Assembly: GCF_902713615.1 (NCBI RefSeq)
Contig: NC_052162.1
Location: 115,252,742-115,316,741 of the forward strand
Direction of reading: 5' to 3'
DNA length: 64,000 nt
Origin: Scyliorhinus canicula
Taxonomy: Eukaryota
The notes beneath the pieces are model-generated. The model ran no database searches. It worked only from the letters and a program-made list of their open reading frames with translations, and was not told the DNA's origin. The translations under genes and the position numbers were made by a program. Every line of letters begins with the position of its first letter. Within the stretch, counting starts at the first letter, position 1. Positions 49,990-60,775 of this stretch are shown one piece after another.

Positions 49990-50308
49990 ATGCTCCGACT
50001 GTGGGAGTGGGTTTAAAAGCTCTCAGGTACTGATGATCCACCAGCGCATTCACACTGAGGAGAGACCGTTCACCTGCTCTCATTGTACCAAGAGGTTTCA
50101 AACATCATCCACATTGCGGAGACACCAGCAAGTTCACACTGGGAAGAGTTGATTCACCTGCTCTCGCTGTGGGAAGAGATTTAGTGATTCATCTGCCCTA
50201 TTGACACACTAGCGAGTCCACACTGGAAAGAAGCCATTCACCTGCTCTCACTGTGGGGAGGGATTCACTTAGTCGTCCAACATGCTGAGACACCAAAGGG
50301 TTCACAAA
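49905..50308 (+). pseudogene. Decayed C-terminal fingers 13-17 of ZNF D
   Basis: Collinear with C fingers 6-10 but with small deletions and TGA/TAG stops. Confidence 0.8.
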
Positions 50309-50367
50309 TGCTGTTGGGTTGGATTCTGCTGTTATTCCTGCTGTTAATCACATCCAGGACTGAACCT

Positions 50368-52200
50368 GGAGTGGGTGGAGGGGTTTGTCTCATCAATTTC
50401 TCCTGGTGCTCGGTCGTGGTGACCCTGGCGAGCTACTGCTCCCCGGACCCGGAATACCCGACTCTGAAGTACCGTCCATACTACCTTCCACAGAGTTCAC
50501 TTCTGCCATCATCACAGCAGTCTACATCCCACCCCAGGCGGAAGTGAAGAAGGTGCTTGATGAATTGTAACCGCTATAAATAACAATGAAGCAGAATACC
50601 CGGAGGCCTTGTTCATTGTGGCCGGGGACGTTAACCAGGCCAACCTCGAGTGTACAGCCAAAATTCCACCACCACATCTCCTGTCCCAACAGGGGCCCCA
50701 ACATCCTTGACCACTGCTACACAAACATCAAGGGTGCCTCTCAACCCATCCCCTGACCGCATTTCGGAAAATCGGACCACAAGATGGTGCTCCTTCTCCC
50801 AGCATACAAGCAGAAACTTAAGCGGGAGAATCCGGTTAAGAAGGTCATACAATGCTGGTCTGAGGCAACGGAAGAGCTCCTACACGACTGCTTGGAGTCA
50901 GTGGACTGGTCCATATTCAAGAATTCGGCAGCCAACCTAAACGAGTTTGCCAGCACCATCACAGACTTCATCAGTAAGTGTGTAGAAGATTGCGTGCAAA
51001 AGAAGGTAGTATGTATGTTACCCAACCAGAAACCATCGCTTAATTGGGAGATTCACTCATGACTGAAGGCCATGTCTGAGGTGTTCAAGGCAGGCAACCC
51101 TGAACTGTACAAGAAATCTATATATGACCTCTGTAAAGCCATCAGATACTCTAAGAGACAATACCAAACTAAGCTAGAGTCACAGACTAATGACAGGGAT
51201 TCCCGTCGGTTGTGGCAGGGCTTAAACAACATAATAGGCTACAAAGTAAAGCCGAGTAGAATCTTCGGCAACAGCGCACCCCTTCCCGACAAAACCAATG
51301 CATTCGATGTTTGTTTTGAGCAGGAAACCAACAAACTGTTGTCAACTGCCCCAGCAGCCTTGGACACAGCCATACCCACCGTCACAGCCTCCAAAGTCAG
51401 ATTGGCCTTCTTGAAAGTGAACCCTCGGAAAGCGATGGGTCCTGATGAGATCCCAGTTCGTGCACCCAGATCCTGCGCTGACCAACTGGCAGGTGTGTTT
51501 GAGGACATCCTCAACCTCTTCCTACTCCATTCTGTCGTTCCCACCTGCTTCAAGAAGACCACCATCACCACATTGCCAAAGGAGAACCAGGCAACGTACC
51601 TCAATGACTACTATCCAGTGGCCTTGACATCGATCATTATGAATTGCTTCGAGATGTTGGACACCTCAACTGCATACTCCCAGCATTCCTTGTTCCATTG
51701 CAATTCGCACACTGCCACAACCGGTCCACAGCAGATGCCATCTCCCTGGCCCTATACTCGCCCGTGGAGCACCTCGACAACAAGGACTCCTCCGTCAGAC
51801 TCCTATTCATTAACTACAGCTCCGCCTTCAACACCATAATCCCAGCCAAGCTCATATCAAAGCTCCAAAATTTAGAGTCCTACCAGGTTCGATTCCTGCT
51901 TGGGTCACGGCTGTGCAGAGTATGCACGTTCTCCCCGTGTTTGCGTGGGTTTCCTCCGGGTGCACCGGTTTCCTCCCACAAATCCCAAAAGACATGCTTG
52001 TTGGGTGAATTAGATGTCCTGAATTTTCCCTCGGTGAACCCGAACAGGCACCAGAGTTTGGCGACCACTGGATTTTCACAGTAATTTCATTGCAGTGTTA
52101 ATGTAAGCCTACTTGTGACAATTATAAAGATTATTATCACTGACTTTTACCAATTTTTTCAGATGCACCATAGAAAACATCTTATCTGCTGCATCAAAGC
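50368..52200 (+). mobile_element. Rex1/Babar-like LINE in the 3' UTR of ZNF D (SINE at ~51880-52137)
   Basis: Same 5' junction ggactgaacc|tgga.tgggtggaggg as in gene C; PTCFKKTTI, YYPVALTSIIMNCFE. Confidence 0.8.
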
Positions 52201-52201
52201 T

Positions 52202-52653
52202 TGTGTTATGGGCCAGAGTTTAGAAAACTCCAAATTATATCATGGAGTTCACCTGACCTACAACTGTTTATCGATTTTGGTTGCGATGAGCACAATTAAT
52301 TTAAATTTCACCATTTGCTGAACCTGGATCCCTATTGCATTACCCTGGGTCTCTGGATTACTGGTCTGGCTATTGTTTTCCCAGATGTGTTTTGTGAGAG
52401 ATGAAGTCACTATAGCCAATAATTCTGAGCTGTTTTCGAGTTGTTTCCTTTACGTCCTGTACTTTCCCACTAACTTGCAGACAAAACAGCTGCAACTGTA
52501 CTGTGTATAACTGTGTTATTGTAACTACTCCTTGAGATGCTTCGGTTCGCTGAAGCATTCCCTGCATGTTTGTAATAAAGATTCCCAAACTTTAACTAAC
52601 TCTGGACTCCGAGTGGCATTTGTCCCACAACAACCTGGTGTCAGGAACAGGAT
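52202..52653 (+). mobile_element. LTR fragment(s) with tRNA-Leu-like PBS
   Basis: AATAAA ~52574, ...acaaca followed by tggtgtcaggaacaggat at 52636. Confidence 0.45.
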
Positions 52654-53029
52654 CCACTGATGGCTCTGATTAAAGGAAAGTCCCCGTGGACAGCAGATAC
52701 CGGGATGAGTATTGTTTGTTTTATACCACCCTTGTTTAGTTCAGTCTGACTGACCACTGGGGCCTCCTCGGAACCTCGGGGATCTGTTTCTGGTCTGTTT
52801 CTTTGACATCCATTCAATGTAATTTCAATAACTGGAACATTTCAGGCAGGGAATTGTCGGTTTTACACCAACGATATGTTTGAGGGCGATGCTGAGGTCC
52901 CCGTGACTGAGAGGGTTTTGTAGCTGCCGACAAATGAGGGGATAAAGCCGTACGGGAGGATAAACAGAAAGAGTTAGGCAGTTGGAGAGAGTTTGGTGTG
53001 TGTTCAGAGGTCCCAGATAGGGGTTAGCC

Positions 53030-53920
53030 AGCATCATCACATCAATGGATCTGCACAGAAAAGGTCCAACCAGATGGAACATATAAGATCAAGGTGAGGT
53101 AAGTGGCGCAGAGATTTGAAGTCTCTGGAGAGAAAGAGGTCAGAATGGACTTGCCCACAGCAGGAAAGGTAATTTTGAAATTTCTTTGGAGCTTTTTGGG
53201 ACATTTTCTCAGAACGTTCACTCAAGAAACATAAAAGCTGCATTTGCGCTGAGGGATCACCTCCAGAGGGCAGTGTTTCTGCAACATCCTAAGGTGCCAG
53301 ATGTAGATGGAAGACTTTGGAAGTTCAATAAGTTTGTCGATGTTTTGAACAATGTTTCGGAGTGTATGGTACTTCTCAGATCAGTTTTGTTCAAGTCAGG
53401 TTGTCTCCACCTGAAGGCAGAAGCTGCCATCTTTATGATGAATGTTGATGACTGTCTATGTGGTGGTGCTAGTGAGTTCCAAAACAATGTTACTGACAGG
53501 ATCAGAACAACATTTAAGGTTGGAGTCAGGCTTCTGGGACCTTTAAATAAATTGGATTGGAAATCGGGCAGTGTGGGTCTGATGTGACTTTACATCAACA
53601 ATTTCAGGGAGACAGTATGAACCCTGTCACAGTCAATGGGGCCGGGGCCTCACAGAAAGATGAAGATGTTTCCAAAGCTGGGACTGAGCAGCTGCAACGT
53701 TGAATTGACCAATTGGATTGGCTGGGCACACAGACAAGGCCGGATACAAGTTTTGATGTCTTCGAGCTGAGTTCTGTAATGAAGCGTCCAAAGGTCGAGG
53801 ACATTTAATGAGCAAACAAAATATTTTAAAAATACAAGGTGGAGAAATGTGTGCTGAAATTTCCATCTTTGGGTGAGCTGAAGAATATAAAATGGATAGT
53901 TTGCAGTGATGCCTCTCACT
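53030..53920 (+). pseudogene. Ty1/copia-type reverse transcriptase fragment
   Basis: WICTEK..PDGTYKIK, IKAAF, LWKFNKFVDVLN (LWKLxKxxYGL-like), MNVDDCL, QTRPD, SDAS (RNase H start). Confidence 0.75.
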
Positions 53921-53929
53921 GGCAGGAGC

Positions 53930-54340
53930 CTGTCTCAGTGTCTGTACACTGAGTGATGTTTAAATATCTCTTTCAGCAGCAGAACAGACAAACATTTCTC
54001 ATTCTAGATTCAAAGGTTGATGTACAGCTCCCATGAATCGGGTGACTCTATCTGATCTTGACGTGATGTTTGGTGTGAAATTTCTGTCTGTCAATTCTCC
54101 CCTTCTAATATCTTTTAAAATGAGTTTACAAACTTCATCACAGTCGATACTGGATAGAAATTCAGAAAGGAGAATTCTAGTTTATTTGGAACATTCTTTC
54201 CTTGTTACTTCTGAAAAGTAAACTCCCCCTCCGTTCTCACTCTCTTGTACCTGATATTCACCCTCCCAATTCTCCTGAAGGTGTGATTCATGCTGATCCA
54301 CAGATGCAGGGTCACTGCCTCATGTCCCAAAGACAGACAC
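53930..54340 (-). pseudogene. Truncated ZNF paralogue exon-2 start and intron block, partner of E
   Basis: Minus strand gatattagaaggggagaattgacagacagaaatttcacaccaaacatcacgtcaagatc...ttgaatctagaatgagaaatgtttgtctgttctg; acceptor region altered; abuts the copia fragment. Confidence 0.7.
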
Positions 54341-55433
54341 CCAAAAATATTAATGCAGGTGGCGTATGGTCCATCCATATGCACCATTCGCTGTACAACA
54401 AAACAATTGATTTATAGTTCTGTATATCACAGTGAGGGTCTGTGAGGAAGAATTTAATTTTGACAATGAGTGGACATAATCTGAAAATCACGATGGTGGT
54501 GGAAGTGGAGAATAATAATAACTCCCTCCCTAACAGCAGTGGGTGTCCCTACACCACAGGGACTGCAGCAGTTCAAGAAGGCAACTCACAACCACCTTCT
54601 GAAGGGCAACTGGGGATGGACAATAATTGCTGGGGGAACCAGCAATGCCCACATCCCCTAAAATGAATTTAAAAATATTTGAAAAAACAAATACATTTAG
54701 AGTACCCAATTATTTTTTTCCAATTAAGGGGCAATTTTGCATGGCCAATCCACTTAACCTGCACATCTTTGGGTTATGGGTTTGAAACCCATGCAGACAC
54801 AGGGAGAATGTGCAAACTCCACACGGACAGTGACCCAGGGCAGGGATTCGAACCCAGATAAAAAATAATAATTAAAAATTGAAATTTGGTGCAGACTTGA
54901 AGAAAACCACTTTGCAGCGAAACAAGGATGTAGAGGTGAAATGGGACCGACGGGATTTCTCTTTCTTGAATCAGCATGGACTCGGGTAACTGAATGGACT
55001 CCTTTTGTGTCACAATAATACATGCCTGGAAATATATAATGTACCTACAGTACTTTATTACATAACTAAAAATAATATTGCACTTAATTACAGAACCACA
55101 AATATATAATCTACCATAGAGCAACACAAGACATATCTCTGTCCGATATTAATTACTGTCCCCTTAAATGTCAGCCATCTCCTGGGGAAACCAGCTCTTT
55201 AATTATGAACATTAGGAAAGAGACCATCCTTTAGCCAGACAACTAAATGTGTCAAGCTGAGGGAGCAAAGGATGTCAATGTCTTTAAGAGAGAGAGAGAG
55301 ACCTTGGCCAAGCTTTCCAGAGTCTGCACCCTCCCTGGATTCACTTCCTTTCCTTCAGTTGCTGCAAGTGACCAATTGAAGGTGAGAATGAGAAAATAAA
55401 TGGAAAGGGGGAGAAAAGAAAGTGTTTTACTGA

Positions 55434-55710
55434 CAGATGTTGGAGACAAGAGGAGGTTCCAGTTTGTGTGAAGCTCAATTCTCATTCCCACAAAACCCGC
55501 GCTATGATTGGCTGGGGAAGCAGAACGCTCCCACTCTTCCCATTGGTCAACACCTCAGCAGGATAGTCCCGGGTGACGACAGCGCGGAATAGAATAATTT
55601 CTATTGGCTGATTCAGGCAGGGCCCCATTGTGATGTCACAGCGGAAGTGAAGGAAAAATCCTCCCCAGGAGATGCTGACATTTGAGTGGACAGCAAATTA
55701 ATATCAGCGA
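55434..55710. promoter_or_regulatory. Third, inverted copy of the bidirectional promoter/exon 1 (ZNF E unit)
   Basis: Reverse complement aligns with 32120-32583 (gccctgcctga.tcagccaatag; gctgaggtgttg.ccaat; caacatct|gt); NRF1-like segment missing. Confidence 0.7.
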
Positions 55711-56374
55711 AAAGCCCAGTGTGGTTATATGGTACAGATTAGATATATTATTGATGGTTCAGTAATAAAGTACATTCATTATTATTTGCAGTTGTGCAAT
55801 ATTGTACTGTGGCTACGTTCTATATTTCCAGTCATCTTTTCTTTGTTCTTTAGAAAATAGGCGACAGTTTTAGATAGAGGATCTGGATCGGCGCAGGCTT
55901 GGAGGGCCGAAGGGCCTGTTCCTCTGCTGTAATTTTTCTTTGTTCTTCCCTCAGAGGGTTGTTAGTCTCTGGGTTTCTCTTCCACAGGGACCAGTGGAGT
56001 CTGGGAGTCACTGAATATATTCACCGTTGAGTTGGACAGATTTCTGATTGAGAGGGAGCTGAGGGTTATGGGGAATCAATAGGAAAATGGAGAGAAAGCT
56101 GAGAGGAGGAGGGATTTCTTCACTCGAGGATGTGGTGGAGCTTTGGAAATCTCTACCCCAGAGAACTGAGAAACCCGGGTGATCAAGTATTTTGGAGACA
56201 GAGATTGATAGATTTCTAGATATTCATAATGTCAAGGGATATGGGGTAAATTGGGGGAAAATGGTAGATCGATCAATGATCTTACTGAATGGATAAGCAG
56301 GCTCGATGGGCCGAATGGCCGACTCCAGCATCTATTTTGTTATGATCTCTGAGTCCGGTACAGAAAGCAGTGAA

Positions 56375-56685
56375 CATGGTAGCACAGTGGTTAGCACTGT
56401 TGTTTCACAGCTCCAGGGTCGTTTAAGGTTCAATTCCCGGCTTGGGTCACTCTCTGTGCGGAGTCTGCACATTCTCCCCGAGTGTCCATGGGTTTCCCCC
56501 CACAGTCCGAAGATGTGCAGGTTAGCTGGATTGGCCATGCTAAATTGCCCTTAGTGTTCAAAAAGTTAGGTGGGGTTATGGGGATTGGGTGGAGGTGAGA
56601 GCTTGAGTAGGGTGCTCTTTCCAAGGACCGGTGTAGAATCGATGGGCCAAATGGCCTCCTTCTGCACTGTAATGTCTATGATTAT
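56375..56685 (+). mobile_element. HE1-type V-SINE
   Basis: HE1 consensus. Confidence 0.85.
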
Positions 56686-57243
56686 ATGATTTGTCAGTCA
56701 GCCTGAATCAGCACCTTCAGCAGAATTGGGAGTGTGAATATTAGATACAGCAGAGTGAGAATGGAGAGAGTGTGGGATGGAGATTTCCTGCTTTTCACAA
56801 ATAAGAGAGAAAAGAATGTTCCAGGGAAACTAGAATTATCTGAATTTTTACCCTGTACTGACAATGATATATTTTGTAAATTATTTTTTCAGGATATTAG
56901 ATGATGACGAAGTAGAGACAGAAATCTCAAATGTCACGTCTCAATCCGACAGTCACTGAAATATTTGGCAACTGAATATGGTCAGACTTTGAATTAAGAA
57001 GGAGCAATGTTTGCCCGATCTGTCAGCTTCAAAAAATGTTAAACATCAATGTGACTGGAAAAGCACAAAGACATATGGACACCCTGTGTGAGAGTGTTCT
57101 AGTGCACTGACTGTGGAAAGAGCTTTAACCAGTTGCACAGCCTCAAAAAACATCGGACTATTCACAGCCGGGAGAGACCGTACATGTGTCCTGTGTGTGG
57201 ACAAGACTTTAACTGATCGTAAAGACACAAGGATACTGGCACC

Positions 57244-58422
57244 ATGGAAAAACCCTGGATATGTGGGGACTGTGGAAAGGGATTCAGATGCCCGTCTGTG
57301 CTGGAGATTCATCGGCGCAGTCACACTGGAGAGAGGCCGTTCAGCTGCTCTCGGTGTGAAACAACATTCACTCAATCATCCCACCTGCAGAGACACCAGC
57401 GAGTTCACACTGGGCAGACGCCATTCACCTGCTCTCAGTGTGGGAAGGGATTCACTCAGTTAGCTGATTTGCGGACACACCAGCGAGTTCACACTGAGGA
57501 GAGACCATTCACCTGCTCTCAGTGTGATAAGGGATTCATTCAGTTATCCCACCTGAGGACACACCAGCGAATTCACACTGGGGAAAGGCCGTTCATCTGC
57601 TCTCAGTGTGGGAAGGGATTCATTCAGTTATCCCACCTGAGGACACACCAGCGAGTTCACACTGGGGAGAAGCCATTTACCTGCTCGCAGTGTGGGAAGG
57701 GATTCAGTGATTTATCCAACCTGCAGACACATCAGCGAGTTCACACTGGGGAGAGGCCGTTCACCTGCCCTCAGTGTGGGACGGGATTCACTCACTTGTC
57801 CAGCCTGCAGAAACACCAGCGAGTTCACACTGGGCAGACGCCATTCACCTGCTCTCAGTGTGGGAAGGGATTCACTCAGTTAGCTGATTTGCGGACACAC
57901 CAGCGAGTTCACACTGGGGAGAGACCATTCACCTGCTCTCAGTGTGATAAGGGATTCATTCAGTTATCCCACCTGAGGACACACCAGCGAGTTCACACTG
58001 GGGAAAGGCCGTTCATCTGCTATCAGTGTGGGAAGGGATTCATTCACTTATCCCACCTGAGGACACACCAGCGAGTTCACACTGGGGAGAAGCCATTTAC
58101 CTGCTCGCAGTGTGGGAAGGGATTCAGTGATTTATCCAACCTGCAGACACATCAGCGAGTTCACACTGGGGAGAGGCCGTTCACCTGCCCTCAGTGTGGG
58201 AAGGGATTCACTCAATTGTCCAGCCTGCAGACACACCAGCGAATTCACACTGGGGAGAGGCCTTTCACCTGCCCTCAGTGTGGGAAGGGATTCACTCAAT
58301 TGTCCAGCCTGCAGTCACACCACCGAATTCACACTGGGGAGAGGCCGTTCACCTGCTCCAAGTGTGGGAAAGGATTTTGTGATTCATCGAACCTGCTGAG
58401 ACACCAACAAGTTCACAAGTGA
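57244..58422 (+). CDS. C2H2 zinc-finger protein E, 14 fingers
   Basis: Intact ORF from accATGg, MEKPW... to HQQVHK*; acceptor at 56892. Confidence 0.9.
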   Translation: MEKPWICGDCGKGFRCPSVLEIHRRSHTGERPFSCSRCETTFTQSSHLQRHQRVHTGQTPFTCSQCGKGFTQLADLRTHQRVHTEERPFTCSQCDKGFIQLSHLRTHQRIHTGERPFICSQCGKGFIQLSHLRTHQRVHTGEKPFTCSQCGKGFSDLSNLQTHQRVHTGERPFTCPQCGTGFTHLSSLQKHQRVHTGQTPFTCSQCGKGFTQLADLRTHQRVHTGERPFTCSQCDKGFIQLSHLRTHQRVHTGERPFICYQCGKGFIHLSHLRTHQRVHTGEKPFTCSQCGKGFSDLSNLQTHQRVHTGERPFTCPQCGKGFTQLSSLQTHQRIHTGERPFTCPQCGKGFTQLSSLQSHHRIHTGERPFTCSKCGKGFCDSSNLLRHQQVHK

Positions 58423-58711
58423 TTACAGGGGTTGGATTCTGTTGTGATTGTTCCTGCTTTCAATTCAATGCAGCATTGCATTTCATTCACTTTGTCAGTT
58501 GGTTGATAGGGAGGGTCGGAGTGTTTTTTCCTGCTGGACTGACCATTCCCACGACTTTGCCTTCAATGGGCTGATGCTCTTTGATACTTGTTAAAATACT
58601 TGGTTTCAAATTTCACGAGGTTCAGAGTGAGAGTGTGTTTGGAAGTGAAAAGATATTTAGTTTGCATTTCTGTTTGGATGTACCCCGATCCATGCCACGT
58701 TGCCGTGAAGA

Positions 58712-59052
58712 TGGGCTAAGGTGGTTAGCACGGTAGCATTATGGATAGCACAATTGTTTCACAGCTCCAGGTTCGACTCCGGCTTGGGTCAGTGTCTGTG
58801 CGGAGTCTGCACATCCTCCCCGTGTGTGCGTGGGTTTCCTCCGGGTGCTCCGGTTTCCTCACACAGTCCAAAGATGTGCAGGTTAGGTGGATTGGCCATG
58901 ATAAATTGCCCTTAGTGTCCAAAATTGCCCTTAGTGTTGGGTGGGGTTACTGGGTTATGGGGATAGGGTGGAGGTGTTGACCTTGGGGAGGGTGCTCTTT
59001 CCAAGAGCCGGTGGGCCAAATGGCCTCCTGCTGAACTGTAAATTCTATGATA
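58712..59052 (+). mobile_element. HE1-type V-SINE
   Basis: HE1 consensus, close to 14003-14348. Confidence 0.9.
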
Positions 59053-59339
59053 TGGTTTCTGTCTTTAATTTATATGGATGTTTCTCACAGAAGGAAACTG
59101 TTGAGGTATGAGGGGCAAGTTGTATGTGGCAGATTCGGTACTTCCAATAAAAGTTATGGTGTTAGACAGGCAAGCACTAGCATTTAAGGATTTGTTACAT
59201 ATTTATATAAAATATAGATTCTGTTAAGAAACAAAAATCCAATGGGAAAAGTGATGAAATAGTAGCTTCCAAGAAAAGTTAAAAGATTCCATTAGATCAA
59301 AGAAAGAGGCACATCAAGTGGCCACAATAGTAGTGATCT

Positions 59340-59568
59340 TTTTTTAAATATAAATTTAGAATGCCCAATTCATCTTTTTCTAATTGAGGGGCAATTTAGC
59401 GTGGTCAATCCACTTACCCTGCACATCTTTGGATTGTGGGGGCGAAACCCACGCAAACACGGGGAAATGTGCAAACTCCACACAGACAGTAACCCAGAGC
59501 CGGGATGGAACCTGGGACCTCGGCGCCACGAGGCAGCAGTGCTTAATACTGCGCCACCGTGCTGCCCT
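59340..59568 (-). mobile_element. Short V-SINE
   Basis: Reverse complement gggcagcacggtggcgcagt...gtggagtttgcaca; similar copies at 20230, 45868 and 54680. Confidence 0.8.
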
Positions 59569-59574
59569 GCTAAA

Positions 59575-60775
59575 ATAGTAGTAAGCTGGAGGATTGGGAA
59601 CTTGTTTTCAAATTCAGCAAAGAAGGAGCAAGACTGACAGAGAAATTTTGGCTAGCTGGGGGGAACGAGCTACGGTACCTCCAGCTCAAAAACTTCCTAC
59701 GAAAGGAGACAAGGACGTACCCACAACCGCCACGACAGACACCACTGGAAGACCTACTGGACGCAAGTATCCTAGAGAAAGGGAACTGTAGCGACTTGTA
59801 TGACCGACTGGTAGAAAGGGACGACACCGTACTGGACGCAACAAGAAGGAAATGGGAGGACGACCTGGGGATGGAGATAGGGTGGGAACTCTGGAGCGAA
59901 GCACTACATAGGGTCAACTCCACCTCCACGTGCGCAAGGCTCAGCCTGACGCAACTAAAAGTGATACATAGAGCCCACTTAACAAGAAACCGTATGAGCA
60001 GGTTCTTCCCGGAGGTGGAGGACAGATGCGAACGGTGCCAAAGAGGCCCGGCCAACCACGCCCACATGTTCTGGCTTGCCCCAGACTTGTGGAGTACTGG
60101 ACAGCCTTCTTCGAGGCTATGTCCAAAGTGGTGGGGGTGAGGGTGGAGCCATGCCCGATAGTGGCGGTCTTCGGGATTTCAGACCAGCCAGATCTATTCC
60201 TGGGGAGGAGGGCGGACGCCCTTGCCTTTGCCTCCCTGATCGCCCGCCGTAGAATCCTGTTTGGCTGGCGGTCAGCAGCACCGCCCAGAGCTGCAGACTG
60301 GCTGTCCGACCTCTCGGAATCTCTCCAAATGGAGAAAATCAAATTCGCCATCCGAGGGTCAGACGACGGCTTCCACAGAACGTGGGAGCCATTCATGCAA
60401 TTGTTCCGGGTCCTGTTTGTGGCCAACGAACAAGAGGAAGAATAGTCGGGTGGCCAAGAATCAGGGGAAAATGGATGGGAATCGGGGGGGGGGGGGGGGG
60501 GGGGGTCTACGGGTTCGTTACGGGGGTTTGATGGCTAGCTAAGGCCCAAAACCAAACTGTAAATAAATGCCTATAAACATGTGCCTCGGCCATATTGGGG
60601 AATGTAAAATATGTAGGCCGGCTAAAGGGGGGCGGCCACAGTTATTATTACGAAGATGCTTACCTGTAAATATATATGTTAATTTTTGCGTGTTCTTGTT
60701 TTTTTTCTCTCTCTCTAACAATTTGTAATTTGTTCAATATAAAACATGAAAACTGAATTTAAAAAAACATTTATA
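59575..60775 (+). mobile_element. 5'-truncated L1-clade LINE (A/C-rich family)
   Basis: NSTSTCARLSLTQLKVIHRAH, CERCQRGPANHAHMFW, MEKIKFAIRGS; G-run and A-rich tail. Confidence 0.9.

Noticed and set aside
17930-57216. Shared in-frame TGA as selenocysteine or programmed readthrough
   Set aside because: It falls at a finger helix position where CGA (Arg) is expected, not at a Cys. The upstream fingers also carry frameshifts and no SECIS was identified, so CpG decay is simpler.
29592-58422. 84-bp periodic repeats as a CRISPR-like array or satellite
   Set aside because: The period equals one 28-aa C2H2 finger; the repeats are coding.
12569-59568. tRNA-like sequences with A/B boxes (ggttcgattcc)
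   Set aside because: All are heads of SINEs followed by V-domain or LINE-like tails; none forms a standalone tRNA gene.
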